DNA from: an uncultured delta proteobacterium
Lineage (GTDB): Bacteria > Myxococcota > Myxococcia > Myxococcales > Anaeromyxobacteraceae
Assembly: GCA_963828255.1 (NCBI GenBank)
Contig: CAWHDZ010000003.1
Location: 218,250-282,249, forward strand
Direction: 5' to 3'
DNA: 64,000 bases
The first letter of the stretch is position 1. Each line of letters starts with the position of its first letter. Made by a program: the position numbers and the translations under genes. Below, in pieces: positions 52,222-62,322 of the stretch. The notes beneath the pieces are model-generated. The model did no database searches, was not told where the DNA came from, and was given only the letters and a program-made list of their open reading frames with translations.

Positions 52222-54600
52222 ATGATGGCGACGAAGCCCGACGACCACTCGCGTGCGATCCTTCCCGTCCCCGACGTCCAGAAGCCGCAGCTCCCCGCAC
52301 TCGACGCCAAGGACCCGGACTCCAAGTTCCCTCCCATCAAGCCGTTGCTCCCGCCGGCCGGAGCGCCGAACGTCCTCGTCATCCTGCTCGACGACGTCGG
52401 CTTCGGCTCGTCCAGCGCGTTCGGTGGGCCGTGCCTGACCCCGGTTGCCGAGAAACTGGCAGCCGGCGGCCTGAAGTACACCCGCTTCCACACCTGCGCG
52501 CTGTGCACGCCCACGCGGCAGGCGATGCTGACCGGCCGCAACGCCCATTCGGTGGGGGCGGGTGTCATCACGGAGATCGCCTCGTCCGCGCCCGGCTACA
52601 CCTCGGTGCGCCCGAACACCAAGGCGGCACTCCCGCTCACCCTGAAGCTCAACGGGTACTCGACGGCCCAGTTCGGCAAGTGCCACGAGGTCCCGACCTG
52701 GCAGACGTCGCCCATGGGGCCGTTCGACTCGTGGCCGACCGGCGGAACCGGCTTCGAGCACTTCTACGGCTTCATCGGCGGCGAGACCAGCCAGTGGGAG
52801 CCGGCGCTCTACGAGGGGCAGACGCCCATCGAGCCTCCGGCGACCCCCGAGGAGGGCTACCACCTCACGGAGGACCTGGCCGACCGCGCCATCAGCTGGG
52901 TGCGCCAGCAGAAGACCCTGATGCCGGAGAAGCCGTTCTTCGTGTACTTCGCACCGGGCGCGGTGCACGCCCCGCACCACGTTGCCCAGGAGTGGGCCGA
53001 AAAGTACCGCGGCAAGTTCGCCCAGGGATGGGACAAGCTCCGGGAGGAGACCTTCGCGCGCCAGAAGAAGCTGGGCGTCGTCGCGCCGGACGCCGAGCTC
53101 ACGAAGCGCCACGCGGAGATCCCGGCGTGGGACGACATGCCCGCCGAGCTCAAGCCGGTGCTCGAGCGCCAGATGGAGCTCTACGCCGGATTCCTCGAGC
53201 ACACCGACCACCACATCGGCCGCGTCATCGACGCCCTCGGGGACCTCGGCGTGCTGGACGACACGCTCGTCTACTACATCTTCGGCGACAACGGCGCGTC
53301 GGCCGAGGGCACCCTGACCGGCGTGTTCAACGAGCTCAGCCCGTTCAACGGCATGGAGGCCCTCGAGACGCCGGAGTTCATGCTGTCGAAGATCGACGAA
53401 CTCGGCTCACCGTCGGCGTTCAACCACTACGCGGTGGGCTGGGCCTGGGCGACGAACGCGCCGTACCAGTGGACGAAGCAGGTGGCGTCGCACTGGGGCG
53501 GGACCCGCAACGGCACGATCGTGCACTGGCCAAAGGGCATCCAGGAACGCGGGGGGCTGCGTCACCAGTTCACCCACGTGATCGACCTGGCGCCGACGGT
53601 CCTCGAGGCCGCAGGCCTGCCGGAGCCGACGCTGGTGAACGGCGTCCTCCAGTCGCCGATGGAGGGCACCAGCATGCTCTACAGCTTCGGCGACGCCGCC
53701 GCGCCGGAGCGTCACGAGGTGCAGTACTTCGAGATCGGCGGCAACCGCGGGATCTACTACAAGGGGTGGAGCGCGGTGACGAAGCACCGGACCCCCTGGA
53801 TCCTGGTGGGCCAGGAGTTGGTGGCCTTCGACGACGACGTCTGGGAACTCTACGACGGCACCAAGGACTGGTCGCAGTCGCGCGACCTGTCGAAGGAGAA
53901 CCCGGAGATGCTGCACAAGCTGCAGCGCCTCTTCCTGGTCGAGGCGGCGAAGTACAACGTCCTCCCGCTCGACGACCGGGGCGCGGAGCGGTTCGTTCCG
54001 GAGGTGGCCGGCCGTCCGTCACTCATCAAGGGCAACTCGCAGAAGTTCTTCCCGGGCATGGGGCGGCTCCAGGAGAACAGCGTCGTCAACGTGAAGAACC
54101 ACTCCTTCACGGTGACGGCCGAGGTCGATGTGGCCGGGGGCAAGCCGGCGAACGGCGTGATCATCGCGCAGGGCGGTCGCTTCGGGGGCTGGAGCCTGTA
54201 CGCCAAGGACGGACTCGCCAAGTTCGTCTACAACGTGCTCGGCATCCACGAGTACCCGATCGTCGCGACCGAACCCATCCCGAAGGGGAAGCACGAGGTC
54301 CGGGCGGAGTTCGCCTACGACGGAGGCGGCCTCGGCAAGGGTGGAACCGTCGCGCTCTACGTCGATGGAAAGAGCGTCGGCACCGGCCGCGTTCCGATGA
54401 CGCAGCCCATGGTCTTCTCCATGGACGAGACCACGGACGTCGGCTACGAGTCGGGCACGCCCGTCACCGCGGACTACACGTCGCACGGGAGCAAGTTCAC
54501 CGGGAAGATCCACTGGGTCCGGATCGACGTGGGCGTCGACGACAACGACCTGCTCATCTCGGCCGAGGACCGCCTGCGCATCGCCATGGCCCGGCAATAG
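52222..54600 (+). CDS. Arylsulfatase (Cys-type, formylglycine-dependent)
   Basis: PNVLVILLDDVGFG, CTPTRQAMLTGR (CxPxR), HAPHH and GDNG motifs. Confidence 0.94.
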   Translation: MMATKPDDHSRAILPVPDVQKPQLPALDAKDPDSKFPPIKPLLPPAGAPNVLVILLDDVGFGSSSAFGGPCLTPVAEKLAAGGLKYTRFHTCALCTPTRQAMLTGRNAHSVGAGVITEIASSAPGYTSVRPNTKAALPLTLKLNGYSTAQFGKCHEVPTWQTSPMGPFDSWPTGGTGFEHFYGFIGGETSQWEPALYEGQTPIEPPATPEEGYHLTEDLADRAISWVRQQKTLMPEKPFFVYFAPGAVHAPHHVAQEWAEKYRGKFAQGWDKLREETFARQKKLGVVAPDAELTKRHAEIPAWDDMPAELKPVLERQMELYAGFLEHTDHHIGRVIDALGDLGVLDDTLVYYIFGDNGASAEGTLTGVFNELSPFNGMEALETPEFMLSKIDELGSPSAFNHYAVGWAWATNAPYQWTKQVASHWGGTRNGTIVHWPKGIQERGGLRHQFTHVIDLAPTVLEAAGLPEPTLVNGVLQSPMEGTSMLYSFGDAAAPERHEVQYFEIGGNRGIYYKGWSAVTKHRTPWILVGQELVAFDDDVWELYDGTKDWSQSRDLSKENPEMLHKLQRLFLVEAAKYNVLPLDDRGAERFVPEVAGRPSLIKGNSQKFFPGMGRLQENSVVNVKNHSFTVTAEVDVAGGKPANGVIIAQGGRFGGWSLYAKDGLAKFVYNVLGIHEYPIVATEPIPKGKHEVRAEFAYDGGGLGKGGTVALYVDGKSVGTGRVPMTQPMVFSMDETTDVGYESGTPVTADYTSHGSKFTGKIHWVRIDVGVDDNDLLISAEDRLRIAMARQ

Positions 54601-54610
54601 GCGGCATCGA

Positions 54611-55213
54611 TCACGCGACCGGCCGTTCCGCCGCCCCGTGCGGCGGGCGGCTCGCATCGACGACCCGCACGTCCATCACGGCGAGCCGGTCGAGCAGCCT
54701 CGCCTCGGCGCGGATGGGCCACCAGTCGTAGAGGAAGATGCCCATCGGGCGCCAGATCGCCACCCAGCCCAGGATGATGAGGCTCTCCTGGACCACGATG
54801 GAGTACCGCTCGGAAGAGATCCTGCTGGCGATCCACTCGCCGAGCGCGATGGCGGCGAGCAGGAATCCCAGGCCGATCACGAACGCGATGCGCCCCTCGC
54901 GGAAGAGCCGCCGCAGCCTCGCCCAGGTGGCCTGGGCGCGACGCCGGAAATGGTCGTCCACGGCCAGGCGCAGCATGGCGTCCATCCCCTCCGTCGCCGT
55001 CTCGCGCCCCAGGTGCACGACCAGCCGGAGCGGCACCCGGGCCGGAGCCTCGCGGGCCCAGTCGACGACGTAGGCCTCCGCCTTCGGATCGAGATCGCGC
55101 TCGCGGAACGGCGCCGGGTCCATCGAGTCGAAGAGCTGCCGGGTCTCGGCGAGGTAGAGGTTGAGCTCGCCCCGCGGGTCTTCCGGATCTCGGGTCGGAT
55201 CGTGCGTCGCCAT
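54611..55213 (-). CDS. Conserved hypothetical membrane protein
   Basis: QLFDSMDPAPFRERDLD and GWVAIWRP...FLYDWWP motifs. Confidence 0.8.
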   Translation of the reverse strand: MATHDPTRDPEDPRGELNLYLAETRQLFDSMDPAPFRERDLDPKAEAYVVDWAREAPARVPLRLVVHLGRETATEGMDAMLRLAVDDHFRRRAQATWARLRRLFREGRIAFVIGLGFLLAAIALGEWIASRISSERYSIVVQESLIILGWVAIWRPMGIFLYDWWPIRAEARLLDRLAVMDVRVVDASRPPHGAAERPVA

Positions 55214-55230
55214 CTCGCGTGCTCCTCGGC

Positions 55231-56277
55231 TCAGGGATGGCCGTTCTTCGAGAGCAGGATGGCGATGAAGCGCGTCCCCGCGAATTCGGAGAACACGATG
55301 ACCATGACCGCGGTGATCGGAACCGCCAGGACGGCTCCGGCGACGCCCCACAGCTGCGACCAGACCGCCAGGCTCACCAGGATGGCGAAGGGGCTCAGGT
55401 TGAGCGAGGAGCCCATCAGGTACGGGTCGAGGAAGTTGCCGATGACGATCTGGGCGGCGGTCAGTCCCGCGAGCAGCCCCAGGACCGCGCCCGGCTCCCC
55501 GAACTGGCCGAGCGCCACCGCCACCGGGATGACGACCCCGAAGAAGGAGCCTGCGTAGGGGATGTAGTTGAGCAAGCCGATGACCACGGCCAGGAGCCCC
55601 GCGAACTGGACGCCGACGAGCGCCATGATGGCCCAGGAGACCACTCCGAGGAGCACGTTGATGGCCGTCTTGACGGACAGGTAGGCGCCGACCCGCCGGT
55701 TGATGGCGCCGGTGACCTCCCGGATCCGGGCGGCGTTCCGCGGATCGCCGGAGGCCTGGGCCAGCTTCTCCTCGAAGAACCCCTTCTCCATCATGAGGAA
55801 AGCGGCGTAGAGGATCACCACCGCGACCGTGGCCACCTTCGACGACACCGACGCGACCACCGACCCGAGCAGCCTCTGGATGTTGACCTGGCCGAACAGG
55901 TCGTTGCGGAGCGTGGTCCAGGTAGGCTCCGACTCGATCCGGAGCAGCACGGCGATCCGCTGGATGCCGGCCAGCAGGGACCGCTGGTACTGGGGAGCGT
56001 AGGTCGTGATGCCCTCGGCGCTGGCGACGAGGAGGTACGCGATGCCGACCAGGCCGGACGAGATGACCAGCACGGACAGGACGGTGCGGACCTGGACGGG
56101 CATGCGCTGGCCAAGGATCGGGACCCGGACGAGGAGCTGGGTGAGGCCGAAGATGACGTAGGCCACCAGGACGCCGAAGGCGAGGGGGACGAGCACGTCC
56201 CGGCCCACGTGGAGCACCCAGCCGACGATCAGGGCGAAGAGGGCTCCGGCGACGATCGCCTGGAATCGGGGGTTCAT
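55231..56277 (-). CDS. AI-2E family transporter
   Basis: LLNYIPYAGS, LNLSPFAIL and LWGVAGAVLAVP motifs. Confidence 0.9.
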   Translation of the reverse strand: MNPRFQAIVAGALFALIVGWVLHVGRDVLVPLAFGVLVAYVIFGLTQLLVRVPILGQRMPVQVRTVLSVLVISSGLVGIAYLLVASAEGITTYAPQYQRSLLAGIQRIAVLLRIESEPTWTTLRNDLFGQVNIQRLLGSVVASVSSKVATVAVVILYAAFLMMEKGFFEEKLAQASGDPRNAARIREVTGAINRRVGAYLSVKTAINVLLGVVSWAIMALVGVQFAGLLAVVIGLLNYIPYAGSFFGVVIPVAVALGQFGEPGAVLGLLAGLTAAQIVIGNFLDPYLMGSSLNLSPFAILVSLAVWSQLWGVAGAVLAVPITAVMVIVFSEFAGTRFIAILLSKNGHP

Positions 56278-56428
56278 TCGCGGGGGAGCATCCACGCCGG
56301 GGAGTGGGCCGTCAAGGTGCCGAGGCGCCGTCACGGTTCGGCGTCCGGGTCCCCAACGGGGCGGCTCCGGCGGCTGCGGTGGGAGCTTTTCGTTGCCAGC
56401 CGGGGGTCCGGCCCCTACTTGACTGCGG

Positions 56429-57823
56429 ATGAAATACCCGAATCGGCGTGTCATCCGGCTGCTGCTGGCATCTCTTGTCCTGGTCGGCGCCTCGTTCCAT
56501 GCGATGGCCCAGCAGGCGGCCGCGGCGCCATCCCCGTCGCCCGGCCCCGTCACGTTGTTCCAGAACGTCCGCGTCTTCGACGGGAAGGGCCAAGGCCTCT
56601 CCGGGCCATCCGACGTCCTCGTCCGGGGCAACAAGATCGAGCGCATCGCCCCGGCTGGCTCCATCCAGCCCGGCCCCGAGGCGGGCGCCACCGTCATCCC
56701 GGGCGGCGGACGGGTGCTCATGCCGGGGCTCATCGACGCGCACTGGCACACCATGCTGCTCTCGCTCCCGGCGGAGGTGGCGATGTTCACCGACCTCGGG
56801 TTCTTGAACCTGCAGGCCGGCGCCAACGCCCAGGCCACCCTGATGCGTGGGTTCACCTCGGTTCGCGACCTGGGCGGACCGGCCTTCGGGCTCAAGCGCG
56901 CCATCGACGCCGGCATCGTCGTCGGTCCGCGCATCTACCCGTCGGGAGCGATGATCAGCCAGACGGGCGGCCACGGTGACTTCCGGTTCCCCTTCGAGCT
57001 CCCGCGTGGGAACACCACCCCGCTGTCCCGCTTCGAGGTCATGGGCGCGGCGATCGTCGCGGACGGCGTGCCCGAGGTGCAGCGCCGGGTGCGCGAGCAG
57101 CTCGCGGCCGGCGCCTCCCAGGTCAAGCTCACTGCGGGTGGTGGGGTCTCGTCCCCGGGCCCGCTGGCCATCACGGCCTTCTCCGACGCGGAGCTCCGGG
57201 CCGCCGTCGAGGCGGCCAGGAACTGGGGGACCTACGTCACCGTTCACGCCTACTCCACGGCCTCCGTCCAGCAGGCCATCGCCGCCGGTGTCCCGGTCAT
57301 CGACCACGGGCACCTCATCGACGACGCCACGGCGAAGCTGATGGCGGCGAAGGGGATCTGGTGGAGCCTGCAGCCCTTCCTCGACGACGAGGACAGGGGT
57401 GAGGTGCTGGATGCCACCCGCCATGCCGAGCTGGACCAGGTGATCGCCGGCACCGATCGCGCCTATGCGCTCGCGAAGAGGTACGGGGTGAAGACCGCCT
57501 TCGGGACCGACATCCTCTTCGACGCGCGGCTGACGACGCGCCAGGGTGCGCAGCTGGTCAAGATGTTGCGCTGGTACACCCCGGCCCAGGCGCTGAAGAT
57601 GGCGACGGGCGACAACGGCCAGTTGCTCGCCCTCTCCGGCATGCGCAACCCCTATCCCGGCAAGCTCGGGGTGGTGGAGGCGGGTGCGCTGGCCGACTTG
57701 CTCCTCGTCGACGGCAACCCCGTCGAGAACATCAAGCTCCTCGAGAATCCCGAGAAGAACCTCCTCGTCATCATGAAGGACGGGAAGGTCTACAAGAACC
57801 TGGTCGGGCAGCCGGCCCGCTGA
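56429..57823 (+). CDS. Secreted metal-dependent amidohydrolase (Xaa-Pro dipeptidase-like)
   Basis: Signal peptide; MPGLIDAHWH, SQTGGHGD, VHAY and FGTD motifs. Confidence 0.9.
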   Translation: MKYPNRRVIRLLLASLVLVGASFHAMAQQAAAAPSPSPGPVTLFQNVRVFDGKGQGLSGPSDVLVRGNKIERIAPAGSIQPGPEAGATVIPGGGRVLMPGLIDAHWHTMLLSLPAEVAMFTDLGFLNLQAGANAQATLMRGFTSVRDLGGPAFGLKRAIDAGIVVGPRIYPSGAMISQTGGHGDFRFPFELPRGNTTPLSRFEVMGAAIVADGVPEVQRRVREQLAAGASQVKLTAGGGVSSPGPLAITAFSDAELRAAVEAARNWGTYVTVHAYSTASVQQAIAAGVPVIDHGHLIDDATAKLMAAKGIWWSLQPFLDDEDRGEVLDATRHAELDQVIAGTDRAYALAKRYGVKTAFGTDILFDARLTTRQGAQLVKMLRWYTPAQALKMATGDNGQLLALSGMRNPYPGKLGVVEAGALADLLLVDGNPVENIKLLENPEKNLLVIMKDGKVYKNLVGQPAR

Positions 57824-57838
57824 CGGGCGGCGGACCGC

Positions 57839-58420
57839 TCAGAATACGAACGCGTTCATCCGCACCATCCAGAGGAGCTGGTAGGCCAGCGCCATGAGGG
57901 CGAAGACGGCGTGGAACACCGGGCTCCTCGTCCAGATGGCGAGGAGGCACCCGCCCACGTAGAGGACGGTCCGGACGGGATACATCGGCCCGAGGGCCTG
58001 GACGTACGCCGCGCCCTTGAGCCAGGATTCCGCGAAATCGAGGACGTAGAAGAGCGCCAGGAATCCGAAGAACCAGTGGCGGCGCGTGAGGAAGTGCTCC
58101 CGGTTGTTCTCGAACTCGCCGACGTTCTCGGGCAGGAGGAGCGCGGTGAGGAAGAACAGCTGCAGGACGTAGCAGACCCAGAAGGCGAAGATGGGAAACG
58201 TGAAGCGCGGGAGCAGATCGAAGCGGATCTCCCACCACCAGAAGTGGAGAATCGCTCCGAGCATGAAGAGCGCCCAGGTCATCTGCACCCAGTAGATGGG
58301 GCGGTGCTTGTCGTCCGAGATGACCCGCGCGACCCCTCGCAGCAGGTTGCCGATGGAGAGCCCAACGACCATCCCGATCAGGACGCGGACGTGAAAATAG
58401 GTTCCTTCGATCTCCTGCAT
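57839..58420 (-). CDS. Hypothetical integral membrane protein
   Basis: About 6 TM segments; HFWWWE. Confidence 0.75.
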   Translation of the reverse strand: MQEIEGTYFHVRVLIGMVVGLSIGNLLRGVARVISDDKHRPIYWVQMTWALFMLGAILHFWWWEIRFDLLPRFTFPIFAFWVCYVLQLFFLTALLLPENVGEFENNREHFLTRRHWFFGFLALFYVLDFAESWLKGAAYVQALGPMYPVRTVLYVGGCLLAIWTRSPVFHAVFALMALAYQLLWMVRMNAFVF

Positions 58421-58567
58421 GCGCGGCTCCGGGCGGGGCGCACGATCCCACGGCGAGCCGGCGCGTGTCGATACCCCGGGCGGCCGGGCTGAATCTCGCG
58501 TTGCACGTCGAGGGGGCGACGTTAAGGAGACGCGCCGGGCCCCGGAGCCTGGGGGCGGGGGAACCGC

Positions 58568-60463
58568 ATGCACCGTCGGACCGTGAAGATGAGTTGGGCC
58601 GTGGCCGTGCTGGCGCTCGGAACGTTCCCCACTGCCCGCGCAGACGACGCGCCGAGCAAGGTGCGCGCCGCAGCGGGGGAGACCTCCTGGCACAGCCCGT
58701 CCTTGACGACGGAGACGGTCACCGGGCCGAACGGCGTCGTCACCACCCCCACGGCGCTCCGGGCCAACGCGCTGTGGGGCATCACCGACAAGAAGGTCGC
58801 GGAGATGGTCGTCCCGGGCGTGTATGCGCTGCGGGGCTGGGGAATCGCGAGCAGCTTCGCCATCGAGGCCCCGGGTGGCTGGATCGTCATCGACACGGGC
58901 GACTCCACGCGCGCAGCGGCCGAGATGCGGGAGATGCTCGAGCGAACGCTCGGCAAGAAGATCAAGGTCGCGGCCATCCTGTTCACGCACTGGCACTATG
59001 CCGACGGGACCGCGTCATGGCTGGACGCGGGAACCGAGATCTGGGGACACGAACACCTCGACCGCAACCGGCAGGCTTCCACCGGGGTCAGCGTCCTGAG
59101 CGGTGTGACCCAGGCGCGAGCGGTGGCCCAATTCGGGGTCTTCCATCCCCTCACGGGCCCGGACGCCTTCCCCAACCTGCTCGGATTCACGCCGGAGAAG
59201 CTCCTGGCCGAGTCGAGCTACCAGCCGCCCGCCCATCTCTTCGAGAACGGCAGGATCCTCGACCTCGTGATCGCCGGTGAGCCCGTGCAGGTCGCGCCCA
59301 ACCGTTCGGACGCGTCCGACAGCGTGGGCTTCTACTTCCCCCGGCACCGCCTGCTCGTGACGAACGTCATGGCGACGGAGAGCGTCTTCAACATCTACAC
59401 GCTCCGGGGCGGTTCGTTCCGCGACCCGGTGAACTTCGTCGACGACGCGCGCTGGATCGAGTCGAAGAACGCCGAGGTGCTCCTCGATATCCACGGTCCG
59501 ACCCTCAAGGGCGAGAAGACCGTGCGGGAGGCGGTCGAGCTGTCGGTCGACCAGGTCCAGCTCATCCACGACCAGACCCTGCGCCTCATCGCCCGGGGCA
59601 TGGACGGGAAGGAGGCGGCCGAGAATCTCTTCATGCCGCCCCACATGCGCGACGGGCGCGAGACGTACGGGCAGGTCGAGAGCCACGTCCGCCAGGTCTT
59701 CAACGGGAACATCGGCTGGTTCGGAGGGGACGTCTACGAGATCAACCCACTCTCGCTGCGCGAGGAGGCCGCCCGGACCGTCGGGATGATGGGAGGCCCC
59801 GATGCGGTGCGGAAGGCCGCCGCCACGGCGGCCGGGAAGGGCGGGCTCGCGAACTGGCGCTGGAGCCTCAAGCTCACGTCGCTCCTGCTGCGGCTCGATC
59901 CCGCGGACGTGGGTGCCCGGAAGACCCGCGCCACCGCGGCCCGCGCCCTCGGACAGCGGACCGACTCCGCCAACGCGCGCGGGTTCTACATCACGGAGGC
60001 GCTGCAACTCGAGGGCCGGATGCTGGCCGAGGGACGACCGGTGACGGTGGACGAGATCCGGGTCTTCGTCGGGACGCCGACCGCCGGGCAACTGGCAGCG
60101 GCGTCCGTGGAGGAGAACCTGCAGTTCGTCCGCTACCTCGTGGATCCGCGAAAGGCCGACGGGAAGCGGCAGGCGTTCACCATCGCCGCCGAGGGCGATC
60201 CGCGGATTCGCCGGGTCGAACTGCGCAACGGAGTGCTCGTGATCACGCAGGCGGCCGCGAAGGGCGCCGCGCACGTCGAGGTCTCGCGACGCGAACTGGC
60301 CGACTTCGTCCTCGGAAGGAGATCGACCCCGGCGGCGGGCGACCCGCTGGCCGAGCTCGATCGCTCTCTCGATCGCGGCCACCTCCTGCCCCAGTCTGCC
60401 CGACCTCCGGCCGCGCTCCAGCCCGGGGACAAGGCCAAGTCCCTCGAAGTCCTGCAGCACTGA
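58568..60463 (+). CDS. Alkyl sulfatase-like MBL-fold hydrolase with dimerisation domain
   Basis: Signal peptide; IDTG, THWHYADG, NIYTLRG, IHDQTLRL, GWFGGD and SANARGFY motifs. Confidence 0.82.
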   Translation: MHRRTVKMSWAVAVLALGTFPTARADDAPSKVRAAAGETSWHSPSLTTETVTGPNGVVTTPTALRANALWGITDKKVAEMVVPGVYALRGWGIASSFAIEAPGGWIVIDTGDSTRAAAEMREMLERTLGKKIKVAAILFTHWHYADGTASWLDAGTEIWGHEHLDRNRQASTGVSVLSGVTQARAVAQFGVFHPLTGPDAFPNLLGFTPEKLLAESSYQPPAHLFENGRILDLVIAGEPVQVAPNRSDASDSVGFYFPRHRLLVTNVMATESVFNIYTLRGGSFRDPVNFVDDARWIESKNAEVLLDIHGPTLKGEKTVREAVELSVDQVQLIHDQTLRLIARGMDGKEAAENLFMPPHMRDGRETYGQVESHVRQVFNGNIGWFGGDVYEINPLSLREEAARTVGMMGGPDAVRKAAATAAGKGGLANWRWSLKLTSLLLRLDPADVGARKTRATAARALGQRTDSANARGFYITEALQLEGRMLAEGRPVTVDEIRVFVGTPTAGQLAAASVEENLQFVRYLVDPRKADGKRQAFTIAAEGDPRIRRVELRNGVLVITQAAAKGAAHVEVSRRELADFVLGRRSTPAAGDPLAELDRSLDRGHLLPQSARPPAALQPGDKAKSLEVLQH

Positions 60464-60483
60464 CGCTGCCAGGGGATCCCAAC

Positions 60484-62322
60484 ATGAGCTCGACTTCGAC
60501 GCGGTCTGGTGTGGTGGCCGTCCTCCTGTTCCTGGCTTCGCCTGCGATCGCGGCCGACGCGGACACGATCTACTTCGGCGGCCCGATCGTCACGGTGAGC
60601 GACAAGCACCCGACCGCCGAGGCCGTCGCCGTCAAGGCGGGGAAGATCGTCGCCGTCGGTTCGCGCAGCGCCGTCGAGAAGGCCCAGAAAGGGCGCAAGA
60701 CGGCGATGGTCGATCTGGGCGGCAAGACGATGATCCCCGGGTTCATCGACGCGCACGGGCACATGTGGGGGGCCGGCGTCCAGGCGATGGCGGCCAACCT
60801 CCTCCCGCCGCCCGACGGCGGCGTGCGATCCATCGGCGACCTCCAGGAGCAGCTCCGCAAGTGGATGGCCAGCTCGCGCATCGCGAGCGACTTCGGGGTC
60901 GTGATCGGCTTCGGCTACGATGACTCCCAGCTCGCGGAGCGGCGCCACCCGACGGCCGAGGACCTGGATGCCGTCTCGACGGACCTGCCGATGATCGTGA
61001 TCCACCAGTCCGGGCACCTGCACGCGCTCAACACCAAGGCCTTGCAGATGGCCGGCATCGACGCGTCGATGGAGGATCCCCAGGGCGGGGTCATCCGGCG
61101 GAAGCCGGGCACCCGGGAGCCCAGCGGGGTGATGGAGGGCACGGTCCTCATCCGGGAGTTCCTGCGCATCATGCCCAAGCTCGGCCCCGAGCAGCAGCTG
61201 GCGCTTCTGGACGCCGGACAGAAGCTCTACGCGAAGTACGGGCACACCACCGCGCAGGAAGGGCGTGCATTGCCCGGCAACGTCGAGCTGTACGTCGCTG
61301 CCGCGCGGGCGGGCCGGCTCGAGCTCGACGTGGCCGTGTATGCGGAAGCCCTGTTGATCGAAAAGTCGGGCGGATTCATGAACGGGCCGTACACCGGTCG
61401 CACCTATCGCAACGGCCTGCGCATCGGGGGCGTGAAGCTCACCCTCGACGCCTCGCCGCAGGGCCGGACCGCCTGGCTGTCGCAGCCCTACCTGACGCCA
61501 CCGGAAGGTCAGGCGGCGACCTTCATGGGCTACCCGGCCCTCCGGGACGACCAGGCCATCGCGGCCATCAGCCGGGCGTACAAGAACGGCTGGCAGATCC
61601 TGGTGCACACCAACGGCGACGCCGCCATCGACCAGCTCCTCCGGGCGGTCGAGGCCGCGTCGGCCCGGTACCCAGGCCGGGATCGGCGGACGGTGATGAT
61701 CCACGGGCAGACGCTGCGCGAGGATCAGGTGCCGAGGTTGAAGGCGCTGGGGATCTTCCCCGCGCTCTTCCCGATGCACACCTTCTACTGGGGCGACTGG
61801 TACGTCGACACGGTGCTCGGGCCGGAGCGCGCCGCAAACATCTCGCCCACCGGCTGGATGACGAGGAACGGCATGATCTTCAGCTCGCACCACGATGCGC
61901 CGGTGGCGTTCCCCGACACGATGCGGGTGCTGTCCGCGACGGTCAACCGCACGACGCGCTCGGGTGAGGTGCTGGGCCCCGAACATCGCGTCGAGCCCAT
62001 CGTGGCGCTCAAGGCGATGACGCTGTGGGCCGCGTACCAGCACTTCGAGGAGAAGAGCAAGGGCTCCATCGAGGTCGGCAAGCTCGCCGACTTCGCGATC
62101 CTCTCCGAGAACCCGCTCACCATCGATCGGCCGAAGATCGCCGACATCAAGGTGCTGGAGACGATCAAGAAGGGGAAGTCGATCTACCGTCTCGATCCGG
62201 CGAAGACCGGGGACAACGCGGTTCCGTGCATGGAGTCGAGTCGCTGCTCCGAGCGGTTCGCGGCCTTCCGGGCCAGCTCACCGCTGGCCGAGTTGCTCGG
62301 CCCCGCGCCGCACGTTCACTAG
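60484..62322 (+). CDS. Amidohydrolase 3 family (YtcJ-like), secreted
   Basis: PGFIDAHGH, SGH, HTNGDAAID and GSIEVGKLADF motifs. Confidence 0.9.
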   Translation: MSSTSTRSGVVAVLLFLASPAIAADADTIYFGGPIVTVSDKHPTAEAVAVKAGKIVAVGSRSAVEKAQKGRKTAMVDLGGKTMIPGFIDAHGHMWGAGVQAMAANLLPPPDGGVRSIGDLQEQLRKWMASSRIASDFGVVIGFGYDDSQLAERRHPTAEDLDAVSTDLPMIVIHQSGHLHALNTKALQMAGIDASMEDPQGGVIRRKPGTREPSGVMEGTVLIREFLRIMPKLGPEQQLALLDAGQKLYAKYGHTTAQEGRALPGNVELYVAAARAGRLELDVAVYAEALLIEKSGGFMNGPYTGRTYRNGLRIGGVKLTLDASPQGRTAWLSQPYLTPPEGQAATFMGYPALRDDQAIAAISRAYKNGWQILVHTNGDAAIDQLLRAVEAASARYPGRDRRTVMIHGQTLREDQVPRLKALGIFPALFPMHTFYWGDWYVDTVLGPERAANISPTGWMTRNGMIFSSHHDAPVAFPDTMRVLSATVNRTTRSGEVLGPEHRVEPIVALKAMTLWAAYQHFEEKSKGSIEVGKLADFAILSENPLTIDRPKIADIKVLETIKKGKSIYRLDPAKTGDNAVPCMESSRCSERFAAFRASSPLAELLGPAPHVH

